A stretch of 64,000 nt of DNA from Candidatus Omnitrophota bacterium (GTDB lineage Bacteria; Omnitrophota; Gorgyraeia; 1-14-0-20-64-10), in contig JACOVG010000011.1 of NCBI GenBank assembly GCA_016177405.1, positions 7,910-71,909 of the forward strand. The letters are read 5' to 3'. A model generated the notes under the pieces. That model was not told where the DNA came from. It saw only the letters and a program-made list of their open reading frames with translations, and did no database searches. Positions 36,929-45,784 of this stretch are shown piece after piece (position 1 is the stretch's first letter; every line of letters starts with the position of its first letter). The position numbers and the translations under genes are program-made.

Positions 36929-37936
36929 CTAAGCCCCCGCGAAACCCCGAATGGCCAATCCGATGGCGACCCCCAGACCACTGCCCCATTCCTCCAGCTT
37001 CTTCGCCTCCAGAGCGCAGGTCAGCCCCGAGGCAGGGTTCCAAGGCTCGACCGGCAACCCCGAGGCCTCCGGAAGCCACTTGAGGAAACCGGCGCTCCGG
37101 CTGGCGCCTCCGGAGAGCACCAGCCGCTTGACCCCCTGACCGAACTGGTTCTCATAAAAGTCAAAGGAGGTCCTGCACTGGGCGAGCCACTCCTCCCATT
37201 TGGTCTGAAGGGCTTCGGCGGGAGCCTCGGAAAAAAAGTTTGTCCCAAAGGGAATCTCCCGGCTGAACTGAAGCCGCTTGCCCAAGAAGAAGTTGACGAG
37301 GGTTCCCCGGGCGCCCAGGTGAACCAATCCCGCGACCTCCTGGTCCTGCCCCGCGGGGCTCACCTCCCAGGCGTTGGCCAAGGCGGAGGCCTCCAAATCC
37401 ACCACATCCGGAATCAGGTCCGCCCCCTGAAGAACCGCGAGGTGCGAGTCGACCAGATCCCTCCGGGCCGCGGCCAGGAGGACCTCCATCCGGTTGCCCG
37501 GCTTCTCTTCCAGGATCTGGAAATCGAAGAAAACCTCTTCCAGCTTAAAGGGGATGTGCTTCTCCGCCTCAAAGGCCAGGGCCGCCCCGAGCTCTTCCTT
37601 GGTCATTTTCGGAAACGTCGCGGTGCGCAGAACCGACTGGGCCCCGGAAACCGCGGTGGACAATTTCGCCCCCTGCAGTTTCAGCTCCGCGGCGAGCTCC
37701 TGAAGAGCCTGCGTCTTTCCATCTCCCTTGGGCCCCACCGGCAGGCAGACGGCCTCCTCCAGCTTAAAGCCTTTCGGCTCTTTGCTTAAGCGCACCCCCT
37801 TGAGGAAACTGGAGCCCAGATCGAGGCCGATGGAAGCGGAGGATGATTTGAAAAGCTTTTCCGCGAGGGTGAAGCGGGCCGTGAGACCCTGGAGCTGTTC
37901 CAAAAAGCGGTTTGACACCTTGGGTGATTCTACCAC
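36929..37936 (-). CDS. pilM: type IV pilus assembly protein PilM (actin-like ATPase fold)
   Basis: SIGLDLGSSFLKGVRL (actin-fold phosphate-1-like) and downstream actin-like motifs. GTG start at 37936. Confidence 0.85.
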   Translation of the reverse strand: MVESPKVSNRFLEQLQGLTARFTLAEKLFKSSSASIGLDLGSSFLKGVRLSKEPKGFKLEEAVCLPVGPKGDGKTQALQELAAELKLQGAKLSTAVSGAQSVLRTATFPKMTKEELGAALAFEAEKHIPFKLEEVFFDFQILEEKPGNRMEVLLAAARRDLVDSHLAVLQGADLIPDVVDLEASALANAWEVSPAGQDQEVAGLVHLGARGTLVNFFLGKRLQFSREIPFGTNFFSEAPAEALQTKWEEWLAQCRTSFDFYENQFGQGVKRLVLSGGASRSAGFLKWLPEASGLPVEPWNPASGLTCALEAKKLEEWGSGLGVAIGLAIRGFAGA

Positions 37937-37976
37937 AACAACAAAAAAAGGGTGCCAGGTTTTAAACCTGGCACCC
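37937..37976 (-). terminator. intrinsic-terminator-like hairpin + U-tract (possible attenuator) between minor-pilin block and pilM
   Basis: Stem GGGTGCCAGG / CCTGGCACCC with loop UUUUAAA (37950-37976). On the minus strand it is followed by UUUUUUUGUUGUUG (37949-37937), directly abutting the pilM GTG. Confidence 0.55.
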
Positions 37977-38000
37977 TGGGAAAAGGCGCTCTAAAGCGTC

Positions 38001-39812
38001 CTAAAAATCCAGTCCCTTCTCGCGGGGGGCGGACTTGCCCCGAACACCTCCCCGGCCGATGGAGCGGGCCGGCGGTTGGCTGCCCGCGGGCTGACGGGCC
38101 GGCGGCGGCTGCAGCACCGGTTTCTCGGGCAGCTCCTTCTTTAGGGGCACGATCACAATCGAATCGGTGCCCAGGAAAGGCTTGCCCTGCAGGGTCTTCC
38201 CTTTCAGGATCCCCTGGGTGTCGCCCGCCTGAAAGCCGGTCTTCTCGGTGTCGAAATGGGCCACGAGATCCAACAACCCGTCACCGTTGACATCCTCCGG
38301 CTTGACCTTGCCCTCCAACAGGCACTTCTCATCGCCCGTCCGCCCGAAGGTGAGCGATTTCCTGTCCACCAAAGCCGTGACATCGAAGCCCGGAAGCGAG
38401 AGGATCGCCACCGGGATATTCCCCTTGGAACCCAGGTTGACCGGGTTGGGGAAAGAGCCGGGCCTGATGTCGATGGGCAGCGTCAAGATCGGAGGCGGCA
38501 GCTCCAAATCGTATCGAGCCAGCATCAAGTCCGATTGGCCGGCCAGATTGCCCGCTTGCGCCATGGACTTCGATTGACCCGCCACGTAGAGCCGGCGATC
38601 GGCCACCCGCACATCCATGAACAGGTCGTCCGCCGCGCCTCCGTGGTAGTTGACCGACAAAACATCTCCGTTGCCGCAGTCCATCTCCAGCAGGAAAGCA
38701 TCCAGAGCGCCGCCCACCCATCCGGTCGTCTGGCCCACCGCGAAGAGGCGCTGGCCCAGGACAGCGATCCCAAAGGCCGCCTCATCCCCGGAGCCTCCCC
38801 ATGGCTTGCTCCAGATCAGATTCCCGGATTCGTCGTACTTCAAAACCAGGGCGTCGAACCCGCCGTTGGGACCCTTCTCCATGGTGCTGGTCAAATACAG
38901 CGCGTCCCCGGAGACGGCCAGCCCCACCGTGAAACGGGCATCCTGCCGGATCGGCTGCGGAGACTCCCGGTACCAGAGGACGTTGCCGGCAGGATCCACC
39001 TTCCAGAGCCCCACATGGGGCCGGATCGTCGAGCTGGTGCCGTGATAATGGGTGTAGCCGGTCACATAGAGGTGGCCGTTTAAAACCGCCACGGCATCCC
39101 CCTGGCTCCACATGGAATAGTCGCTCCTGCCTAAAACCTTCGTCCACAGGATCCTGCCCTGGGTGTCCAGCTTGGCCAGGACGGCGATGTTGTTGCTGCC
39201 GTTCGATTGGGCGTACCCCGCCGCGTAGAGAAAGGTCGAGCCGCCCTCTTCGGCCTTCGCCAGCGAGAGGAGCGATTCGTTCCCTTGGTAGGGGAAGAAA
39301 TTCGGGCTGGTCACCCAGGCCGCTCCCCCCAGCGCCGAGCCGGTCGGACCGGTTTTCGGAAAAGCGGCCAGCACCCCCTTGTGCTCCTTGTCTCCCATCT
39401 TGTCCACGGCCGCCGCCCAGCTGCGGCCCGCCGCGTAAACGCTCTCTCGGGTCGCCACGACGTCGCAAAAGACCTCGGAATTGAAGTGGCCCGAGGCGTA
39501 CCGGTTGGGCCAGCGCAGCGCCCACACGGGGGACGAGGTGTCGGACGCGTTGAATTTGGCGAGAAGGGCCTGCCCCCCATAGAGATTCATGTCCAGACCG
39601 CACAGGTAAATCTCCTGGTCCTGGAGAGCCAAACCCATCCCTCCCTGCCAGCCCATCTCCTGATTCCCGATTCCACCGAAATAGCTCACGTCCTTGAGCA
39701 CGGGACTTTTCGCCTCTTCGGCGTAAACGGTCAGGCCAAACAGAAGCCCGATCGCAAGGCCCACCGCTGTCGCGACGAAGAATCCTTTTAGGTTTTTCAT
39801 CATGGCCTCCAT
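38001..39812 (-). CDS. secreted SBBP-repeat beta-propeller protein (candidate PilY1-like pilus-associated protein)
   Basis: Signal peptide. Multiple SBBP-type blades (NIAVLAKLDTQGRILWTKVLG, DALVLKYDESGNLIWSKPWGG, DAFLLEMDCGNGDVLSV, LYVTGYT / LYVAGQS). C-terminal DVNGDGLLD Ca-binding-like loop. Located where pilY1 normally sits. Confidence 0.55.
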   Translation of the reverse strand: MEAMMKNLKGFFVATAVGLAIGLLFGLTVYAEEAKSPVLKDVSYFGGIGNQEMGWQGGMGLALQDQEIYLCGLDMNLYGGQALLAKFNASDTSSPVWALRWPNRYASGHFNSEVFCDVVATRESVYAAGRSWAAAVDKMGDKEHKGVLAAFPKTGPTGSALGGAAWVTSPNFFPYQGNESLLSLAKAEEGGSTFLYAAGYAQSNGSNNIAVLAKLDTQGRILWTKVLGRSDYSMWSQGDAVAVLNGHLYVTGYTHYHGTSSTIRPHVGLWKVDPAGNVLWYRESPQPIRQDARFTVGLAVSGDALYLTSTMEKGPNGGFDALVLKYDESGNLIWSKPWGGSGDEAAFGIAVLGQRLFAVGQTTGWVGGALDAFLLEMDCGNGDVLSVNYHGGAADDLFMDVRVADRRLYVAGQSKSMAQAGNLAGQSDLMLARYDLELPPPILTLPIDIRPGSFPNPVNLGSKGNIPVAILSLPGFDVTALVDRKSLTFGRTGDEKCLLEGKVKPEDVNGDGLLDLVAHFDTEKTGFQAGDTQGILKGKTLQGKPFLGTDSIVIVPLKKELPEKPVLQPPPARQPAGSQPPARSIGRGGVRGKSAPREKGLDF

Positions 39813-39819
39813 TTCAATT

Positions 39820-40164
39820 TCAATAGGTCACCGCTCCCTCTTTCTTGAGGCGCCTGGCCTCCTCCGGAGGGAGCTTGAAGGGCGCGGGATCTTGAGCGGC
39901 CCAGCCAGGTACTTCGTTTTTCTTCTCATCGGAAGCTGTTGTCTTGGCGGGCTGAACCTTGCCGCCCTCGGGCGCGAGCACCCGTCCAAGCTCCTCCGGC
40001 TCCGGTAAAGGCAGGAGGGTTTCTTCGCCCTTGAGCGAAAACCCGGAAGGGGGCTGACTCGGGTTGTGCCTCGGCGAAGCCCCCCCGAGGCCCCAGCGGA
40101 TCATGAAAAATAAGACGAGAACGCCCAGGATCAGACCCACCTGCCACTTGAACCGTCCGCTCAT
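39820..40164 (-). CDS. small membrane-anchored Pro/Glu-rich protein (hypothetical)
   Basis: Single N-terminal TM (WQVGLILGVLVLFFMI). Confidence 0.35.
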   Translation of the reverse strand: MSGRFKWQVGLILGVLVLFFMIRWGLGGASPRHNPSQPPSGFSLKGEETLLPLPEPEELGRVLAPEGGKVQPAKTTASDEKKNEVPGWAAQDPAPFKLPPEEARRLKKEGAVTY

Positions 40165-40179
40165 GATTCCTCCCGCTGA

Positions 40180-41469
40180 TTAATCCTTCTTTTCCTGCCA
40201 GACCAGCGACTTGTAATCTCCCGTGGTGGGGAAAAACGGCGGCGCCATCCGCCCGAAGCGGGGATCGTACTGGTAATCCTTCGTGTAACCGGACATCTTC
40301 TGCCCCGTCACCGGGTTAAAGGTCCCCACCGGTCCGCGATTGGCCTGGATCAAACCGCCGTAAACCGTGAGCTTGCCCTTGGGGGGTCTTTCCCAATAGT
40401 TCTCCACCCCGAACGACTTGTCGATCGCCATGATGGTGCCGTGGATCTCCAGGTCGGCAGGGGCCTCCTGGGGAACCACCACGTTCTTGCCGGCGACGAT
40501 CCCCAGGATGTCCTTGGAGTCGGGGTTCAGCCTCGGGTCGTCCGCGTAGCGGACCGAGTCCACCACCCGGATGTCGCCGCTGGCTCCCGCGGTCAGCTGG
40601 CCCTTCAGGGTGCCCTTGAGGTTCAAGGTTCCGCCGTCCACATACAAAACCCCGTTGGCCGGCAGTGCGACCACGCTGTTGTTGAGCTTCGCACTGGAGT
40701 TGGTCACCTGCATCGTTCCGTCCGAAAGCAGGGTCACGGCGGTGTCTCCCTTCAAGACCAGGCCTCCGTTTTGGGCGGCCTGCTTGGTCTGCTCCGGGAA
40801 CACCTTGGGATACTCCTTGGGCGCCACCCCCAGCTTGGGGGGCTCCTTGAAGACCGGCTGGCTCTTGGGGTTGTTGTCCCAGAAGCGGATGGTCGGAGCG
40901 ACCGAGCTGACCGAACCCTCGAACACCGGGCTTCCGTACATGGCCAGCTGGCCGTTGGTGTGGACCGGCCCGTTGATCCGGTCGCCGGTCACAAACCAGA
41001 CCTGCATCCCGGCAGGCGTCTTCTCGCTGTTCGTGAAGTAGGCGTACTGGGCGAAGCTTTCGGTCTGCACCGTGAGCCGGGTCCGCCGGACCGCCAGGGG
41101 GGTCGCCCGGGGGCCAGCCACGCCCCAGCCCTCAATGGTGTAGCGTTTCACCTGGGTGTTGGGATTGTTGTCGTCCGGATCGATCGTCACAAGGTACGAC
41201 CCGCCGTAGGAGCCCCGGCTCCCGAGGTCCTGCCAGCGGAAGGGCACCACCGGCTGCGTCCCCTGGGGAGGAACCAGTTGGGATTTCAGCCAGCTCAAGC
41301 CGTCGTCGATGGCCGACTCCGAAAAATAGAAGGCCTGCGTTCCGGCTTGGGACCGGCCGGCGAAGCGCTGCTCGTGGAATCCCAGGTTCACGAAAGCCCC
41401 GCCCAGGATGGTGACGACGGCCAGCGCCAAAAGAACCAGAATCAGAATGGCGCCTCTTTGGTTTCTCAT
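40180..41469 (-). CDS. PilX-N-domain minor pilin-like protein (429 aa)
   Basis: N-terminus MRNQRGAILILVLLALAVVTILGGAF is typical of the PilX_N family. Large variable C-terminal region. Confidence 0.6.
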   Translation of the reverse strand: MRNQRGAILILVLLALAVVTILGGAFVNLGFHEQRFAGRSQAGTQAFYFSESAIDDGLSWLKSQLVPPQGTQPVVPFRWQDLGSRGSYGGSYLVTIDPDDNNPNTQVKRYTIEGWGVAGPRATPLAVRRTRLTVQTESFAQYAYFTNSEKTPAGMQVWFVTGDRINGPVHTNGQLAMYGSPVFEGSVSSVAPTIRFWDNNPKSQPVFKEPPKLGVAPKEYPKVFPEQTKQAAQNGGLVLKGDTAVTLLSDGTMQVTNSSAKLNNSVVALPANGVLYVDGGTLNLKGTLKGQLTAGASGDIRVVDSVRYADDPRLNPDSKDILGIVAGKNVVVPQEAPADLEIHGTIMAIDKSFGVENYWERPPKGKLTVYGGLIQANRGPVGTFNPVTGQKMSGYTKDYQYDPRFGRMAPPFFPTTGDYKSLVWQEKKD

Positions 41470-41481
41470 TCGACACCTCCC

Positions 41482-41775
41482 TTAAGGATTGGGGTTAAGC
41501 TCATAGCGTTGGTCAAAGTTCGGGACCGTGATGAACTCGCTCAACTGCGCGTAGCTGGCCGGAAACCGCCCGTACACCAGCCGGTAGGCCTGCACCGCCT
41601 GATAGATCGAGCCAAGCTCCTTCTCCATCCGGGCATCCTCGGCGTTGTTCCGGTACCGGGCGACGCCGAAGACCGCCGCGGCTGCCACAAGGCTCACGAT
41701 GCCGCCGGTGATCGCCAGCTCGACCAGCGTGTACCCGCGCTTATTTTTTCGACTCTTGGACCACCACATCGCCAT
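41482..41775 (-). CDS. small pilin-like protein (prepilin-type N-terminus)
   Basis: KRGYTLVELAITGGIVSLVAAAAVFGV class III signal-peptide-like N-terminus. 97 aa. The 5' end overlaps the S8 gene by about 35 nt, so the start is uncertain. Confidence 0.5.
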   Translation of the reverse strand: MAMWWSKSRKNKRGYTLVELAITGGIVSLVAAAAVFGVARYRNNAEDARMEKELGSIYQAVQAYRLVYGRFPASYAQLSEFITVPNFDQRYELNPNP

Positions 41776-43075
41776 GGGGGCTCAACACATAAGTCCCCTT
41801 GTGCCCCTTTCCCCGGGCAAGCCACGGGGTCTGGGGAATCGGTTGAGGCGGCGCCACGACCGGCGGAGCCGGTCTGGGCGGCGCGGCCTGCCACGGGAAC
41901 CGGAAGGTCCCGTCGCGGATCTCCCGCATCCACCGCCCGACGTCCAGGGCGTTCAGGAATCCGGCCCCCAGTTTGCCGTTGTACTTGGAATTGTTCTTTC
42001 CCTCCAGGCTCTTGGCTTGGGTCTTGAGGACCGTCTCCACTTGAGAGCCCGTGAGAAACGGAAAGGCCGACTTGAGCATCGCCACCATCCCGGTGATGAA
42101 GGGAGACGAGAAGGAAGTTCCCGCCGCCATCCGGGTTCCGCCCCCGTGGGTCAACAGCTTCTGGGTTTGTCCCGGCGCGGAGATGTCAACGGTGCTGTTG
42201 TAGGTGGAGAAGCTGGCCTTTTGGCCGCTCTCGTTGGTGGCCGCCACCGAGATGACCCCCCGGTAGGCCGCCGGATAAAATTGCTGATCCGCGCCCGTGT
42301 TGCCGGCCGCCGCCACCACGATCACCCCTTTCTCGTTGGCCCGGTCGATGGAGCGCTGGAGCGCCTCGGAGTAGCCGCTGCCGCCCAGGCTCAAGTTGAT
42401 GACCGTGGCGCCGTTGTCGGTGGCGTAGTTGACCGCGTTGATCACGTTGGCCCAGCTCCCCGACCCGCCGGCCGAGAGGGCCGTCACCGGCATGATCTGG
42501 ACATTGGCATCCCCCGCCCCGTCCAGAACCCGCCCCGAGACGGCGGTCCCGTGCCAGTCCACGCCCGAGCCGGTGCTCTGGGTGTTGGTGGAGTTGCTGG
42601 TGAAGTTGTAGCCCGGAACGATCTTCCCGGACAGGGCCGGGTGGCTGGCGTCGATGGCCGTGTCAATCACCGCCACCTTGACCGGCGCCCCCGCTCCCAG
42701 CGTGGATTTCGCCGGTTCGGCGTAAGCCTCCGCCGGAAAGACCCAGTCCAGGAAGAGACCCTGGACGATCCCGTTGGGCTCGGCAAAGTCAACCTCGGGG
42801 AGCTTCTTAAACCGGGCCAGCATCCTTTCCACCGGGGTCTTCTCCGGAAAGCTCACGAGGTAGAGCGCCTCCGGTCCGATCCTCTGCTTCAGAGAAGCGC
42901 CGGCCTCCTGGATCAGCCGCTTGGCCGTGGGCTCTGTAACATCCGCCTTGAACTGAACGAGGAGCTCGCCCGGCACAAAAGCCGCCGTTTCCTTCTTTTC
43001 CCGGATGGCGTTAAACCCCAGAGCCATCCCTGTTCCCAGCAAGAGCAAGATTGCCAACAGCCACAGCTTGTTCAT
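41741..43075 (-). CDS. secreted subtilisin-like serine peptidase (S8) with N-terminal I9-like propeptide
   Basis: Signal peptide. Catalytic triad contexts VAVIDTAID (Asp), HGTAVSG (His), GTSFSSPFITG (Ser). Embedded between minor-pilin genes. Confidence 0.8.
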   Translation of the reverse strand: MNKLWLLAILLLLGTGMALGFNAIREKKETAAFVPGELLVQFKADVTEPTAKRLIQEAGASLKQRIGPEALYLVSFPEKTPVERMLARFKKLPEVDFAEPNGIVQGLFLDWVFPAEAYAEPAKSTLGAGAPVKVAVIDTAIDASHPALSGKIVPGYNFTSNSTNTQSTGSGVDWHGTAVSGRVLDGAGDANVQIMPVTALSAGGSGSWANVINAVNYATDNGATVINLSLGGSGYSEALQRSIDRANEKGVIVVAAAGNTGADQQFYPAAYRGVISVAATNESGQKASFSTYNSTVDISAPGQTQKLLTHGGGTRMAAGTSFSSPFITGMVAMLKSAFPFLTGSQVETVLKTQAKSLEGKNNSKYNGKLGAGFLNALDVGRWMREIRDGTFRFPWQAAPPRPAPPVVAPPQPIPQTPWLARGKGHKGTYVLSPHGDVVVQESKK

Positions 43076-43091
43076 CGAAGACCTCCTTGTT

Positions 43092-43646
43092 TCAGTTCCT
43101 TAGTTTGACCCGGGTAGCCAAGGTCCGGGTCTGAAGCTGGCCGGTTTCGGTCAGGGTGGAGGCGGTCAAAGAGATCTCCACCACGTCCGGCAGACGCCGG
43201 CGAAACGACAAAGCGGTGATGTGATTGCCCAGGATCTCCGGCGGATTGGCCGGCCCCGGCCCCCGGGGCGCCACCAGGCGCTGACAGCTGTTCCTGGATC
43301 CGGCCTGATAGGTGATCGGCATGGACCATTCCGCGATGCTGCCGTTGGCGTCGATCACGGCGCCGTCGCCGTTTAAGTCCTCCGGAACCTGAAAAGAGAC
43401 CGTGGGGTAGCTTCGGCCGTCCACCGGGACCGACTGGATCCGGCCGGAGGCGCTTTCGGTCATCTCCCGCGCCATCCGGTCCAGGGCCCGCCGCAGCTCG
43501 GCGGTCAAGACGGCCTGGTTGGAGCCGCCCGAGAAGGTTCTCTCGGCCGACAAGAGGGCCGTCACAATGGCCGCGGCCACAACGCTGAAGACCGCCACCG
43601 CCACCAGCACCTCTGTCAGGGTCATGCCGCTTTTGTCCATGGTCAT
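43092..43646 (-). CDS. minor pilin / pseudopilin (PilW/GspJ-like)
   Basis: Prepilin N-terminus SGMTLTEVLVAVAVFSVVAAAIV. Confidence 0.6.
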   Translation of the reverse strand: MTMDKSGMTLTEVLVAVAVFSVVAAAIVTALLSAERTFSGGSNQAVLTAELRRALDRMAREMTESASGRIQSVPVDGRSYPTVSFQVPEDLNGDGAVIDANGSIAEWSMPITYQAGSRNSCQRLVAPRGPGPANPPEILGNHITALSFRRRLPDVVEISLTASTLTETGQLQTRTLATRVKLRN

Positions 43647-43649
43647 CGG

Positions 43650-44114
43650 TCACCTTTTGGTGATCAAGTTTGTGAATTGGGCCGAACGATTCCGGCCCTT
43701 CTCGGACCAAGAGACGGTCAGGCTCGCCTCCACCAGGTTCGGCGGATTGGTCCGATTGATCCGGGACCCCTGGTTGGTCTTGGCCACCCAGAATTCTTCG
43801 GTGATGGTCTCGTTGGAGAGGGTCGTCAACCCCTGCTGTCTGGCCCAGGTGCCCCATGGGGTGGCCGGGTTGGTCACCTGAAGCAGGTTGGTGGAAGACA
43901 GCCGCCGCATCTCCTCGAAAACGGTCCTGGCGTCGGAGGAAGCCACCGCCATGTTCCGGCTGGACTCCACCAGCACCAGCCCCGCCAGAAAGGCGCTCAA
44001 GAGGCCCACCAGCGCCACCGCCACAATGAGGGTGCTGACCACCACCTCCGATAAGGTGAAGCCTAAAATAGATGAACGGGCAGCAGCCCCTTTCACGGAC
44101 CACTGCCCGCTCAT
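43650..44114 (-). CDS. minor pilin / pseudopilin (PilV/GspI-like)
   Basis: Prepilin N-terminus LGFTLSEVVVSTLIVAVALVGLL. Confidence 0.6.
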   Translation of the reverse strand: MSGQWSVKGAAARSSILGFTLSEVVVSTLIVAVALVGLLSAFLAGLVLVESSRNMAVASSDARTVFEEMRRLSSTNLLQVTNPATPWGTWARQQGLTTLSNETITEEFWVAKTNQGSRINRTNPPNLVEASLTVSWSEKGRNRSAQFTNLITKR

Positions 44115-44147
44115 CGGTTTCCGGCCTCCCTTAAGATTCCCTTGGCC

Positions 44148-44603
44148 TTATTCCAAAGGCGTGCTCCCAGGACCCGCGGGACCCACGGGATTGACCCGGA
44201 TCACACCGGTCTGATCCACATAGAAGCCCCGTGTCCCTGTCGTCCTGAAGGCTGTCGGAACGGAACTCAAGGTAAACAAATCGTTGCTGACCCTAAAATA
44301 CGTGAACCGATATCCCTGCTTCAAGCCGCTGGCCAGCACCGGATCAATGTAAGGCGGGTTGGAACCCGCGGGCCCCAGCGTCAACAGCGCGACCGGATAG
44401 GCCGTGGGGGTCTGATTGGCCCGGAAGCTTTCCAGCGCCGTCGAGATGGTCCGCATGGCCGCGATGGCCGCGGTCTCGTTGGCGTTGTGGCGAGCCCGAA
44501 GCATGTTGGGGATCGCGATCGCCGCCAGAAGCGCGATGATCGCCACCACGATCATGATTTCTACGAGCGTGAAACCGCGATTGGAACGTCGAAAGTAACC
44601 CAT
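44148..44603 (-). CDS. type IV pilin / GspG-like major pseudopilin (paralog 3)
   Basis: RGFTLVEIMIVVAIIALLAAIAIPNMLRARHNANE is a GspG-type N-terminus. Strong SD sequence (AGGAGGT) precedes the ATG. Confidence 0.8.
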   Translation of the reverse strand: MGYFRRSNRGFTLVEIMIVVAIIALLAAIAIPNMLRARHNANETAAIAAMRTISTALESFRANQTPTAYPVALLTLGPAGSNPPYIDPVLASGLKQGYRFTYFRVSNDLFTLSSVPTAFRTTGTRGFYVDQTGVIRVNPVGPAGPGSTPLE

Positions 44604-44743
44604 CTTGCCACCTCCTGTTATAAAGTATCAAATTATCTTTTACACAAAATACACAACCCATTTATTTATAATGCCTTACAACGTCTCTAAAACTAAGTTT
44701 ATACATAAAGTGTTAAGAAAACAAGGGGCCAAAGAATTAATTC
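44604..44743 (-). promoter_or_regulatory. AT-rich (about 30% GC) intergenic island: probable promoter/5' UTR region of pilin paralog 3
   Basis: A 140-nt stretch, sharply AT-rich in a genome of about 65% GC. It contains the RBS AGGAGG. A weak sigma54-like -24/-12 candidate (TGGCCCCTTGTTTTC) is not convincing. Confidence 0.45.
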
Positions 44744-45283
44744 TCACCGCTCTTCTCCGACGGGGGTATCCCCCGCCCCGGCGGGCCCCTGGGTGTTGAA
44801 CCGCACCACCCCGGTCTGGTCCACAAAGAAACTGCTCTGTCCGGTGACTCCCCGCCGGATGGGCTCGGCCGTAAGGAAATAGCCGGTGCCCACGGTGTAG
44901 GTGATGTTCCCCACCGTCTGGCTTTGCGAAGAGGCGCGGTAGTTGAACCGGTATCCCTTCCATTCGCCGAAGGGACGGGCCACCCCTCTGAACCGGCTGT
45001 CCAGATAGGCCGGCACCCCCCGGCGGACGACCGTCAGCTCCGTCAGCAAGGCCGGATAAACTCCCTTCAGGTTCCCCCGGGATTCCCGAACCCGGTAGCT
45101 CTCCAGGGCCTGGACAACCGACCGGACCGCTTGAACGACCGCCGCTTCGTTGCCCACCATGTACATCTTCAGCAGGTGGGGCATGGCCATCGCCATCACC
45201 ACCAGGATTACGCCAATGGACACCGCGATCTCCACCAGCGTGAAGCCCTTCCGGTTTCTCCCGAATTTCCTTTTAGTCCACAT
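44744..45283 (-). CDS. type IV pilin-like protein (paralog 2, divergent)
   Basis: KGFTLVEIAVSIGVILVVMAMAMPHL prepilin N-terminus. 179 aa. Confidence 0.7.
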   Translation of the reverse strand: MWTKRKFGRNRKGFTLVEIAVSIGVILVVMAMAMPHLLKMYMVGNEAAVVQAVRSVVQALESYRVRESRGNLKGVYPALLTELTVVRRGVPAYLDSRFRGVARPFGEWKGYRFNYRASSQSQTVGNITYTVGTGYFLTAEPIRRGVTGQSSFFVDQTGVVRFNTQGPAGAGDTPVGEER

Positions 45284-45300
45284 GGGCGCTCACCTTCCTT

Positions 45301-45759
45301 TCACTCCAGGGCCGGAGAAGAGGCGTCGGCCCGGGCCCGGGTGGTGCTGACCCGAATGACGCCGGTCTCATCCACAAAGAAACTGCGCGATCCGGTCACC
45401 CCAAAAGCCGTCGGCTGAACAAAGAGGAAGAACCGGTCCCTGGAAACCACGTTGTACTGGAACCGGTATCCCTGCTTCACCCCTCCGGCCAGGACCGGAT
45501 CGATGTAGGGCGGATCGGAAAGGGCCGGGCCCAGTTGCGCCAGCCCGCGGGGAAAACCCGGAGGGGTCTGGTTGGTCCGGTAAGCCTCCAGGGCCGTCGA
45601 GAGGGTCCGAAGGGACTGGAGGGCGGCCGACTCGTTGGCGTTGTGCCGGGAGCGAAGGATGTTGGGGATCGCGATGGCCGACAGCAGGGCGATGATGGTC
45701 ACCACGATCATCACTTCCACCAGCGTGAAGCCCCTTGTCCTCATGGCGCGCCTCCTCAT
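45301..45759 (-). CDS. type IV pilin / GspG-like major pseudopilin (paralog 1)
   Basis: RGFTLVEVMIVVTIIALLSAIAIPNILRSRHNANE. About 70% identical to paralog 3 along its length. Confidence 0.8.
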   Translation of the reverse strand: MRRRAMRTRGFTLVEVMIVVTIIALLSAIAIPNILRSRHNANESAALQSLRTLSTALEAYRTNQTPPGFPRGLAQLGPALSDPPYIDPVLAGGVKQGYRFQYNVVSRDRFFLFVQPTAFGVTGSRSFFVDETGVIRVSTTRARADASSPALE

Positions 45760-45784
45760 CAGGAAGTCTACCTGACGCGGCGCC

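Noticed and set aside
44604-44743. Sigma54 (-24/-12) promoter upstream of the major pilin
   Set aside because: The best candidate, TGGCCCCTTGTTTTC, lacks the conserved GC of the -12 element (TTTC instead of TTGC). It is reported only as a weak possibility inside the AT-rich island feature.
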